Of a stretch of 64,000 bases of DNA, positions 1 through 47,372 are shown piece by piece. The position numbers and the translations under genes were made by a program. The stretch is taken from NCBI RefSeq assembly GCF_009914755.1, contig NC_060932.1. One strand, 5' to 3'. The notes beneath the pieces were generated by a model. The model saw only the letters and a list, made by a program, of their open reading frames with translations, had not been told where the DNA came from and did no database searches. How positions within the stretch are numbered: position 1 is the stretch's first letter; each line of letters begins with the position of its first letter. This stretch comes from the human T2T-CHM13v2.0 reference genome, Homo sapiens.

Positions 1-75
1 GAGCCATGATTGCCCCACTGTACTCCAGCCTGAGTGACAGAGCAAGACCCTGTCTCAAAAAAAAAAAAAAAAAAA
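1..75 (+). mobile_element. Alu 3' end with A-tail
   Basis: CACTGTACTCCAGCCTG...GTCTC(A)n. Confidence 0.9.
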
Positions 76-426
76 GCCCTCAGCCAAGTCACATGTTGCT
101 CTTTTGAGAATGAGGCAAATGTCCAAAAAGATAACATCTGAGACTTAGAGCAAGTTCTAGAACAAGAATAAAAAAAATTTTCTTCCAGTTGGTAGCAGAT
201 TGTCTGCAATCTTGTGTTGAGGATTTCTAGGACCTCACCAGACTCAAGGGGCAGTGCATGCTGGGATTATTTTGTAATGTCTACCATAGACAAGGGCTGT
301 GAATTTGCTGGTCTTGTCCTTGGTATTAGTTTATTCCTATTAGATATCTCAACTGTAGGAAGTGGAAATAAATTTCTCAATGAAAAGCAATGGCTTATGT
401 ATTAAAGAGCCAATTCAAGAAAGATC

Positions 427-459
427 CAGTTCCTGCTTTAAGTCTTAAAGCAGGAACTG
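427..459. repeat. Perfect 16-bp inverted repeat with a 1-nt spacer
   Basis: CAGTTCCTGCTTTAAG-T-CTTAAAGCAGGAACTG. Confidence 0.95.
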
Positions 460-994
460 CTATTCCTGCTAGGAAAAGAATGCCCTGGAGAAGCTGCTCT
501 GTTGGCTTGGCAAAGAAGAGTGACACATGTCAGAGTGAGGATAAGAGACCCTATTGAGTATCAGGATGCAAAATTATACATACGTTTTTCTACAAATTAA
601 GACAACTTCCAATTTACTTGTCACATTATTTTGATGGAATATATGCAAATTAATGTTGTGTCCTATTGCTTGGTACAATCTTATACCAAAAGGCCTTCAG
701 TGATTTCTAGGCATTTTTAAAGTTCAGAGTGCAGTTGTTCCTAATGTTTCTGAGAACGCCCTGTGTCGGTAATTTTTAAAATTCTGTCTACACCCAAATG
801 TAGGTATACCACCTACATTGGCAATTCAGTAATTTGGAAAATTCCCAGGGGACTGTGGCTTACAGAAACTACTGATCCAAAACACTTTATAGATTAGCAA
901 AATAAGGCCAAGAGAGGGAAAGAAACCTCACATTTACTCAAGTTTAATGACAACACTCAAATCAATGAAGTATAAAATAATGCTGAGACACCTT

Positions 995-1676
995 CTGGTA
1001 CCCAAAGTGTCCTTTATTCTTTATCATCCTATTTGAGTTTTATTGTTTTTACACAGCTGGGAAATGCTTAAGGTACAAATTAATAAATTTTAAACTCAGT
1101 ATGGAAAATACATTTAATAAATTAAAGCAAAAACCAAAGATCTGAGGAGATCCAAGAGATCAAGACAATCTGTAACCAGAGTCTGAAGTATCCAAGGAGC
1201 TACTCTTTTTGAGGCATATTCTCCTCAGCTTCCAGTTATCATTTGATAAACACATCAGCAAAAGGTTCAGTGTTTTAAACAAATGTAGACTTTATTTTGT
1301 ACTGTACAAAGTGCTAATGTCAGTAGATCCATTAAAATATAGAATATTTAAGAAAGATCATTAATAAAAGTAATGGTCATTCAATTTAATGTTACAGTTT
1401 ACAGCGTTTTACTGCTAGTGTTTTAAGTCAGCATGAGCAGTATCAAAGTACTTATGTAGCTAGTTTCTAAAACTTTACAGAAAACCCAGTACAATTCCAA
1501 GTGCTTATAGCCAATATAAGCATATTTCATATTAGAAATAGTTATCCATATGTTAACAAGAAACTATGGTCCTCAAATATGCCAATTTTAGAGTCTAATA
1601 ACTACTGATAGTAACTATGTAAATATTTTGGAATAAACAGTTATTTACGCAAGCCACACTTCAGCTGAGATGATCA
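995..1676 (-). other. PBK: PBK 3' UTR (3' end approximate)
   Basis: AT-rich sequence after the stop; minus-strand AATAAA at 1291-1296, 1039-1044 and 1013-1018. Confidence 0.75.
1013..1044 (-). terminator. PBK polyadenylation signals (two AATAAA)
   Basis: tttatt on + at 1013-1018 and 1039-1044. Confidence 0.65.
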
Positions 1677-24481
<22,805 letters not shown>

Positions 24482-24504
24482 TGTGAAAGCCACTCTCAGT
24501 CCTA

Positions 24505-27213
<2,709 letters not shown>

Positions 27214-27249
27214 TTCTTCTAAGATTTCTATCTACCTATGTGAAGCTAC

Positions 27250-27990
27250 TCTTCATTCACTCAGTCAATATGCACACACTGAGCACATACCATGTGCTCT
27301 AACAGTGCACTGTTCTACACTCTGGAAATAGAGCAGCAAACAAGACCCAAACAAGTATGAAGATAAACATATACTATTTCAGGGGAAATATATATCAGTG
27401 AAGGGAGCAGAAGGCCTTGGGAAGGGGCTTAATATTTGAGTTTAAAGTGGTCAAGAAAGGTCTCCTTGAGAAACTCATTTGAAGGAAGTGAGGGAGCAGG
27501 CCCAAGCAAGTATCTAGTGAAAGTCTTCCAGAGAGAGGACAAGAAATACAAAGACCTGAGGCAGAAATCTTCACGAAGAGGCGAGCTAGCAAGGGGGAGA
27601 ATGAGACAAAGTCAGGGAGGCTGAGGGTAGGGACTGGCAAGTCAAGTAGAGCATTGTAGCCACAGGACTGTGACTTCTACTCAACTGTAGTCACAGTCAA
27701 GATTTCAGCTTGTACTGAGAAACAGAAAGCTGTTGGAGAGTTTTGTGGAGGAGTCAAATAGGTGGGTGGATACGGATCTAGAATGCAAGCTGAAGATTTA
27801 AGTTTGTGGGATGGCAGCACGCAGACGTTATTAAAGCCAAGAGACTAGGTAAGATCATCTAGGGAGTAACTGTAGAGAGAAGAGGGGTGAGCCCTAGGGC
27901 ATCCAAGCATGAGAAATGAAAAACAAAGCAACCAAGGAGGTGCCAACAAAGTAGGATGCAGAAAACCCTGGCGCGTAGAGTGTCCTGGAA
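27250..27990 (-). mobile_element. L2 fragments
   Basis: CATTCACTCAGTCAA..TGAGCAC..CCATGTGC 3'-end motif and purine-rich L2 body; more L2 at ~37470-38280 and ~49000-49640. Confidence 0.5.
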
Positions 27991-28639
27991 ATCTTATGAT
28001 GAGCCTTATGAGTCTCACTGCCTTTTCCCGCTCACTCTACGGAGGATTTGATATTCAGAAGCAGCACGTTTTAAAAAAGAAAACCTATCTCTAAAAACAA
28101 CTAGGTTTAAACAGAAGTCGTAACATTTCATTATGTTCTCTTACGACTGAGTCCCACCTTCTACTCTAAGCTATTTGCACCTCAATGTACCATGTCCTAT
28201 CCATTTCACAGTTGTCTGAGGGCCACTTTTTTCCAGACTGCACACTCAGGTTTAGGCATTAACTGCTGACAGATAGCTTTTGGCCAGTAGCCCAGACTCT
28301 GCTTCAGATTATGTTATGTATTGTATATGCATTCTTAACATTAATTGTTAAATAACCATACTAATTCTAAATCACAAGGTTCTCATGAAGATGACAGCAA
28401 AAAAAACAGTGAATATTTAGATGAAGATAAATTAGAAATGGCAGTAGGATGACCGTGAGCAGAATTTCATACTCTGTGGAATACGTAAGATATTTTTAAC
28501 AATCAAGTACTGTTTAAGAGGCAGCATTAAAGTGAGCAGCGCTCAAGCAAGCTAATCTACAGATTTACCGGGTCAAACGTCAGTGACCTTTGGGCCCTAA
28601 GCCTGGGACCCTGGGACTCAACAAATACCTGGACACTAC

Positions 28640-29440
28640 TGACAAAGCTACGACGCGGACGGGCAGCAGAAAACGGAAAATTAAAAGAATGAGAGAAAAA
28701 GTAAAGGAGAAAAGAGAAACAAAGTAGATGTAGAAACTCCAAGGGGAAGCAAAGAGAAAGTGTGGGCCGCATGACTCTCAGGTCCTCTGCATCTCACACG
28801 CTCAGCAGGGTTCGGGGGTGGAGGTCAGACTGTTTACCCCAATCCAGGGGCTCACAAGGGGCTGGCTGCCAAAATCCTTCTTTGGCTGTAACCAGATCCT
28901 CCCCTGTCACGAAAGCCCCCGCAGAGGCCTCGGCTCCGGGCTCGGCCCCCGCCAGGGCTCGCAAAAAAAAAGCTCCTCTTACCAGAGTCTCACCGCCTGG
29001 AAGGAAAGGTCGGAGGTGAAAATAAGTCGTGGCCAAGTACCTCTTCAAAATTGGTCCCGAGCGGCCCCCAGCGAGACCCTGCAGCTGCCTCTAGCACCAA
29101 CACATACGCCCGGCAGCTGCCGTTGCAATTCGAACCCTCCTGGCTTTCAAAAAGTCGCGCGCTGCGCCAGCTTCGGCCCCGAGCTACGGGGCGGCGTGAA
29201 GGACACGCCCCGCCGATTCGCCGTTCCTCCTCCCTCTCCCAGGACTCCCGGTGCCCGCAGGCGCCAAAGACGAGGGAAGGAAGGAAAGGCGCGGGGAGCA
29301 CAAACTTTTACAGGAACCACCAGCCCTTCCGAGGAGCACAGCCCGGTGAATAGAACACAGTTGCCTGTGCTGAAGGCTGAAGCTCTCTCCAAACGCTCAC
29401 ATCTGTGTTGAATGTGTCGTGATTATGACGTCAATTTTAT
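28640..29440 (-). promoter_or_regulatory. PBK CpG-island cell-cycle promoter
   Basis: CpG-rich. CHR TTTGAA at 29146-29151 with a CDE-like GCGCG 4 nt upstream; second TTTGAA at 29044-29049; CCAAT at 29050-29054; GC boxes at 29188-29194 and 29208-29214; E2F TTTGGCGC at 29261-29268; palindromic CRE TGACGTCA at 29426-29433. Confidence 0.85.
28983..29165 (-). other. PBK: PBK non-coding exon 1 (TSS approximate)
   Basis: In the CpG island; donor CTG/gtaaga at 28983/28982; alternative donors at 28994 and 29041. Confidence 0.7.
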
Positions 29441-29600
29441 TATAGGTTTATGAGGCCTTGAAACACTGTAAAGACAAATGCGTAGCTTAAGGAACAATCA
29501 TCTTTAGCCGAGGGAAAAAAAAGATATTTAGAAATGTTGCTAACTCATGTAATTGCCACATTCAATTCAACATTCTTTAATTTATTCAACGATTATTTAG

Positions 29601-29798
<198 letters not shown>

Positions 29799-30162
29799 TG
29801 ATCAGGGCTTCTCCCCAGGAAGATGTGCCCTGAGGCATCCCCCGAGGATGGCGCAGGTCCTGAGGGTCGTGGGGATCAAAGAATATGAGCCAAGACGTAT
29901 AAATCACATGTTGGAGTTTGCCTTCCCCTATGTGACCACAGTTCTGGATGATGCAAAAATTTACTCAAGCCATGCTAAGAAAGCTACTGGTGTGCAATTG
30001 CAATCCAGTGTGCGCCGACCAGTTTTTTTTTACCTCTCCGCCCCAAGAGATTTTTATTAGATATTGCAAGGCAAAGAAATCAAACCCCTTCGCCTTTGAT
30101 CAAGCCGTATTCAAGTCCTAGAATGCCACCCAATAGATATTGCTTAACAGCTCCAAACTATA

Positions 30163-30799
30163 TGTTGCAGGGAAAACCCCAAAACTAGGGTACAGCCACA
30201 GAGGCCACCTGGCTTGGAGCAGGAAGGAATTCGAGAGCAGCCCCATAGAGTAAAATGAGAGCAAGTTTATTAAGAAAGTAAAGGAATAAGAGTGGCTACT
30301 CCACAGGCAGAGCAGCCTGGAGGGCTGCAGATGGGCTATTTTTACCGTTATTTCTTGATCATATGCTAGATAGAGGATGGATTATTCATGAGTTTTACAA
30401 GAAGGCCCTGGGGATTTTCTGGAACTGAGGGTTCCTCCTCCTTTTAGACCATGTAGGGTAATAAGTTCCCCGGGTTGCCATAGCATTTGTAAACCGTCAT
30501 GGCACTCAGGGGGAGTGTCTTTCGGCAGCTAAATCATTATAATTAGCCTGTAATGAGCAGTGAGGATGACCAGAGGTCATCCACTAGTGGATTTCAGTCT
30601 CAATCTTGATCCGGGTTCTTTGCCTGGAGTGGTTTTTCCAACCCTGGTGTGCCAGGAAAGGGAACGCTGAGTGGCCCCCTATGGGGTGCCCTCTTGGTTT
30701 TGGTGGGTTTGGGCCACCCTCTTTACTGCATCTGTTTTATCAGTGGGGGTCTTTGTGACCTCTATCTTGTGAAATCAGTCCTGCCAAACTTCTGTCTCA
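30163..30799 (-). mobile_element. MER41-family (ERV1) solo LTR inserted in the TAF9 pseudogene
   Basis: TG...CA ends; imperfect 4-bp TSD (TATA/TACA); matches recalled MER41 blocks such as GGCTGCTCTGCCT.TGGAGTAGCCA...CTTTACTTTCTTAATAAACTTGCT. Confidence 0.85.
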
Positions 30800-30864
30800 T
30801 ACATACAGGCTTAAGTCTTTACAGAAAAAGGCATCTACGTCTGAGGGAAGAATAACAGTCCCCA

Positions 30865-31423
30865 TGATATCAGTGGGCCAGGGGAGGTCCTCAAATGCCG
30901 GTGGGTCCTGGACCCCCGCAGGTGTCCAGACTCTTGACACCGTCTTGAGAATGGATTCAAGGATGAGTTGGAAAATAGTGAAAGTATGGAGATTTGTTGC
31001 AAAGGGAAAAAGTACACACTTAAGAAAGGGGATTGCGGGCGTACTCAAGAGAGTCACACAGTGGGGTGTGCGGTTTCTCTCTGTATGGGTTTCTTCAACC
31101 AAGGGGTGGAATATTTATGACAATTCTTGGAAAAAGATGGAGATTTCTTGGAACTGTGGTGCCACTCGTTTTTACACCAAATATGGGTGTTCCCAGAACT
31201 GTCATTGCGCTGGTGGGTGTGATTTAGTGTGTTAATGAGCATATAATGAGGTCCTAGGTGAAACCTAGGTCAAATCCAGCACCACTTTGGGTCTAGTTGG
31301 TCTTAGCCAGCTTGGTGCACACCCTGTTTTTCAGGGGTTCATCAGCCCATAACCCCTACTCATGGGAAACTGCTGTCTGGAGTTTTTATTCTCCTGTGAA
31401 CACCCTGCATTATTTCTGTCTCA
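30865..31423 (-). mobile_element. Second ERV1 solo LTR (MER41D/E-like) inserted in the TAF9 pseudogene
   Basis: TG...CA ends; exact 4-bp TSD CCCA (30861-30864 / 31424-31427); MER41-like core CACCCACCAGCGCAATGACAGTT...ATTCCACCCCTTG; TAF9 homology resumes afterwards. Confidence 0.8.
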
Positions 31424-32169
31424 CCCAGATTAAATGTTGGTTCAGTTACTAGCCGACCAGGTGTTCACACACTAGGCACACCACCCCCCAAACCATGTTT
31501 GTGGCAACTAAAGTAAGGACTCAAATGTCCCTCACAAGGCAAAGGTTTACAGTGTAGATGTCTGCTTCACATTGCCCTGTGAAGCGTGAATTCCTGTAAC
31601 ATCAGCAATTCAGAATGTTCTGGTTAATCCATCACGAATGGTCCAGAGGCATTCTTATTACACTAATATGGTGTCATCACAAACTACTGCCAATGGAAAA
31701 AAAAACATGAAGAAGATGATAATGATGATGATGAGGACGATAATTTGTAATCTAGCTTTGATGTATGTAACATGTATACTTGACCTTGAATTCACTGTAC
31801 TGAAATTAATCATGCATGCTGGATGCTTTCAAGTTGTGTTTTAGAAAACTTAAATAATATTTCATGAGTATACTCTATTTTCAATTGAAATATTAGATTT
31901 TCTTTAATAGGATAAGTAATGGTTTTTCATCAGCTTTTAAGTGTAAAATAATAAAGTTGTCCTTCATCAATTAAAAAAAAACACATTTATAGAGCACCTA
32001 CTTCTACCCTTCAAAGTCCAATCTTTCAGCATCCCTAAGCTTCCTTAGCCCGTCTCAGGAGGAGGCAGGGGATGGGGGCTAAGGAAACTTAACCAAATCA
32101 CTCCTCCTCTCCTAAGTCTTTACCTTCACCCCCTTTAATAGTCATTTTTCTTCCAAATCAAACAATAAC

Positions 32170-32372
32170 AATAATAGCAAATACTTATTTAGTATTTATT
32201 GTATGTCAGGTCTTGTTTCATGTATTAGCTCATTTAATCTTCATAACTCTATGATGTAGGTTACTATGATTATAAACTCCATTTTTCAAATGAGGAAACT
32301 GAGGCACAGAAATGTTAAGTAATTTGCCTAAAGTCACAGGATTTAACAATTGGTAGAGCCGCAATTCGAAAC
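32170..32372 (-). mobile_element. MIR
   Basis: Core ATGAGGAAACTGAGGCACAGA..GTTAAGTAATTTGCCTAAAGTCACA; other MIRs at ~2755-2900, ~48340-48560 and ~52985-53105. Confidence 0.75.
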
Positions 32373-33253
32373 CATGTTGCCCTTAGACTTCCTCTTTAAC
32401 AAATGTGCTTAAAATCTCTTCCACATTACACATGTGTGCACACACACGCACACCCCTCCACCTCTGGGGCCTTTCCATTTTTGGTCACCCTCTTTCAAGC
32501 ATAGAAGCACAGTGTCTCACCTCTCTCTCTCTCAACTCTCATTCTAATTTTCTTCTGCAGGCATTATATTATAGACCTCACCACCTTTTCTTTAAAGATC
32601 TATAGTGTTCTATACTTTTTATGAAGTCCTACATTTTTACAAGCCTATTTTCTACTCTTACTGGCTAATAAAATCCTGCCTAAAGCCAGAGCCTGAAAGC
32701 TTCATAATTAACCATTGCTAGTGAAAAGAAACTCCAGGGAGATGAGGTTATCGATGCAGGTATAAGATGAGGCCAAAAGCATGCATGAGAGAGAAGGCAC
32801 TGGTGTAAAGCCTTACTCATAACCATCCTGTTCCCCATCTTCTAATCATAAAACTGCCTCCAGAGATTAGCCACAGAAACATCTGAACTTCACAAGTGCA
32901 GTGTTATCATTTGTGAAATGCAACCATGAACTCAAAATCTTGCATACTAGTCAGTTGTCATGGAAAATAGCTTGCAACCTAGATCATTATTTATTTCAGT
33001 GTATAAATGGCCTGGTTTCCTTGGTTTAGCAAAAGAGCCCACAATTCTGACTCTTGGCTGCCTGAGCCCAAAGAAACATCGGCACTGTCATCTTTTTACG
33101 GCATAAACTCTAACTTCTGGTCCATGCAGGACCTCACCTTTTGATTTTCAAGGGCCTAGTTTGAAAATGAAAAAGAAAATTAACTTTTTTTCTCTCTTTT
33201 TTACTGCTATTGCATTTTAATTCTCTTTGAAGCTAGGTAAATGCTGCCAATTG

Positions 33254-33875
33254 TGATATAGGAGTTAAGAAGAAATTAGGCAGATAGTGAGGGTAAGGAA
33301 GTCCTCAGTAAGGTTTTCCTTTTCTTGAAAAGCAGCCCCCAAATCATCTTCTTTTCTAACAAAGAGCAGCCTGTAAAATCGAGCTGCGGACATAGACAAG
33401 CAAACTGGAAGCTTGCCTGGATGAATGCTGGCAGCTGTGCCAGTAGGAAAAGGCTGCCTGGGGCTAGGCATGTCCAACATGGTGGTTCCATCTATCCCTT
33501 TCCCTGTCAACCATGTGCACAGTAAGGAGAAGGCAACATGCATTGGCCAAGTAGAAACCCCATTTGCATTATAAAAGATTAGGGTGGGTGGCCAGCTATG
33601 TAAACGTCCCACCTGGTCCAACCAATCTTGGGCCCTATGTAAATCAGACACTGCCTCCTCAAGCCTGTCTATAAAACCCTGTGCACTCCACCACGGGACA
33701 GAAGTCCCACTAGGGCACCCCTGTCTCTTGCAGGAGAGAGAGCAGTTCTCCTTTCTCTTTCTTTTGCCTATTAAATCTCTGCCCCTAAAGCCACTTCTTG
33801 TGTGTCCACATATTCGATTTCCTTGTGTAAAATGAGGAGCCTCGGGTATTTACCCCAGAAAATGACACCACTTCA
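33254..33875 (+). mobile_element. ERV1 solo LTR, LTR9-like
   Basis: TGATATAGGAGTTAAGAAG...CACTTCA with exact TSD ATTG; internal CCAAT, TATAAAA and ATTAAA. Confidence 0.75.
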
Positions 33876-34914
33876 ATTGGTTAGGTGGGAACTTTTAGGA
33901 AAGAAGAGGAAAAATATCAAAATGTTAAGGTTTTATCTTGTTACATCTGTATATCCAACCAATCAACTTGACACATCCCTAGGGTGCTTCTCAGGTGTCC
34001 CAAAGCCATTAGGTCTTCAGATGAGGCCATCGAGCAACAGACTTGGATCAACCTCAAAATGTTCAGCAAAGAAGCTACATGCAAAAGAATACACTATTGC
34101 ATAATGCTATTCATATAAATCTCAAAACAGGCAAAACAAAGCCATAGTATTTAGGAGTTCATGCTTAACTGACAAAAACATTACAAGGTAACACCACCAA
34201 AGTGACTACCATCAAAATCAGGTTCATGATCACTTTGGAGGAAGAAAGTAGGAAGGATCAGGAGAAGAATGAGAGGGGCTCCTGGGGTGCTAACATTCTA
34301 GCTCCCCACCTGAGTGATGCTACACAAGGGTTTGCTTTGATAAATCATTGTGCTGGACATTCTGTTTTGGGTACTTTTCTGTAGTGTTAAGTCCACAGGG
34401 GAAGAGCTTTTTAAAAGCAAAGGGACATGTACTCCATAAATATATACACCTACTGTGTACCCCTAAAAAGTTAAAAATTTAAATTTAAAAAAAAGCAAAG
34501 GGAGAAGAAAAAAAAATGTGATGGAAAGTGAGCCCGGGAAGGTCTGTCACCCACATAGGGACACAGCGAAAGGGTTCCGTTATGATCTTCTCAATGAGAT
34601 GCACTTGGTGCAACCTGGAAGGCAGAAATGAGATGGAATCCCTTTCCTGCCCCTTTGCCTGTTTCCCCTGGCAAGCACAGCTCGGTGGGGGATGGCGGGG
34701 GGGGGGGCGGGGGGGTTTGGGGGTTTGGGTTTTTTTTTTAGGGTTTCAGCAACCACATTCTTGTGTCTAGTCACTTACTTTGTGGGTCTTGAAAGACACC
34801 TGCAGTGGCAGTGGTGGTCTCCCAATCCGTGGATCACAGCTATGATGGGTGTCCTTGAATCTAACATGAACCCAACACCCCCAGTCCCAGTCTCCTGCCT
34901 GGCAATGGGCAGGT

Positions 34915-35665
34915 GTATAGTGGAAAAACAGTTTTTCTCTATACTCACACTCAACACTTCTGTGACCAGATGTGCACACTTTTTCCCATGCCAGCCACTT
35001 TTCCCACACCAGCTGGGTGTCGTACAATTCAATTCAGTTCTGACACAGACCAGAGTTAGCACAGACCTCACAGGTTAAGGGCTCAGTCCCACAACACCAG
35101 CCCCCAATTCAGATGCCAATCACAAGTAGTAAGTCCCCAGGACACCCACAACTTCTGTCTGATTTGGCTACAAATTGGAGCTTCCCATGAACCCCTCTTT
35201 GGGTTCAATATTTTGCTAGAGCAGCTCCCAGAACCCAGGAAGACAGTTTACTTACTATTGTCAATTTATTACTGAGGATATTTCAGCCAGATGAAAAGGT
35301 ACAGCATAGGGCAAGGTCTAGAAGGGTCCCCAGCACAGGTCCCCATAGAGTTAGAGTGCACTAGCCTCCTGGCACGTGGATGCATTCACCAACCTGGAAT
35401 CTCCCTGAACTCCATCTTTTAGGGATGTTAATGGAGGCTTCATCACAAAGGCATGATTGATTATTAACCCAATCGCTAGACCCTCTCTCCTCCCTGGAGA
35501 ATGAGGGGTAGGGGTGAAAGTTCTAGGCTTCTGATCATGGCTTGGTCGTTCTGGTGACAAGCTCTCATTCAGCAGCCCAGCAAAAGTCACCTACAGACAG
35601 TATAACAGATGCTCCTATCACCCAGGTCATTCCAAGGGATGAGGAGCTCTGAGTCCAGACCCTGG
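34915..35665. mobile_element. MER21-like LTR
   Basis: Blocks CACCAGCTGGGTGT, CACAGGTTAAGGGCTCAGTCCCACAA, TCCTATCACCCAGG..ATTCCAAGGGA; by eye. Confidence 0.6.
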
Positions 35666-36559
35666 CATCTGGGAGAGGTGCAGCTGCAGCTGTGGAGCAA
35701 GGTGGGTGGGGGTTTGCGGGGAGGAACCCTTTGCACATCCACCTAGGGAGGGCTGGTCTCCACCAGCTTTGTTCATCCTCAATGGCTAAAGGTTTCCATT
35801 TGCAGTTTTCTGACTTTTCCTACCTCCCAATAAGAAGCGAAATTAGCTGGTTCTGGGAATACGGGGCTTGAAAAACAAGAAGTGCTTTGGAAAATGTGCT
35901 GGGATCTGAGTCGCCTGTAATTGATGAGTTCCTGCCTCCATTGTGGTCCAGTGAACTGGGAAGATGTGGCAGGGAACTCAAACCCTCCCTAAGGGAAGAC
36001 GCCTACTTAATGCCTAAGGAAGATGAGTTTTCCATCCTCTGTGATTGTGTAAGATTTCCGGGCCAGCCCTGACATCTGGCCACAATCTCAGCACCCAGTC
36101 ATTGTTTTTGTTCCACAATATTCTTTGCTTTTTAACTCCATCAGAAAAAAAAAAAAACTGTCTTGATTCTCAACATGTTAGGGTGAATCAATACAGTGAT
36201 TAATAGGAAATAATTTTTGGTGGTTTATATTTTAAGTACTAAGTACCCATCTAGAATGTATAGGGTGGTCAGGAACTTAGAGGGAATGGAAATCCTCCTG
36301 CACACTGGATGCGGTTTGAAATTATCCTGCCACTAAGACAACAGCAGCATAAACATACTGGGTGAAGAAAAATAAGCCGGATGTTCTCAGGACATCTGAA
36401 AATCATTGGTTCAGACCCTTTCCTTAGGGAAGATAGTTAAATGGAGAAGTTGGTCACTTTAGAACCCATGAAGCTGAGGCATGAGAACAAGCCCAGAGCT
36501 TTTTCAGCAACGTGACACACTCAGTTTGTTTGTTTGTTTTTTAATTAAAAAAAATAATT

Positions 36560-47372
<10,813 letters not shown>

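Noticed and set aside
27666-27698. 10-bp inverted repeat GACTGTGACT...AGTCACAGTC
   Set aside because: Short with a 13-nt loop inside L2 debris; cannot be separated from chance.
28997-29040. GT...pyrimidine-AG mini-intron within PBK exon 1
   Set aside because: Only 44 nt, below the usual minimum for human spliceosomal introns.
28762-29411. Several long overlapping ORFs (up to 197 aa) at the PBK promoter
   Set aside because: Expected in a GC-rich, stop-poor CpG island; no recognisable domain and mostly non-ATG starts.
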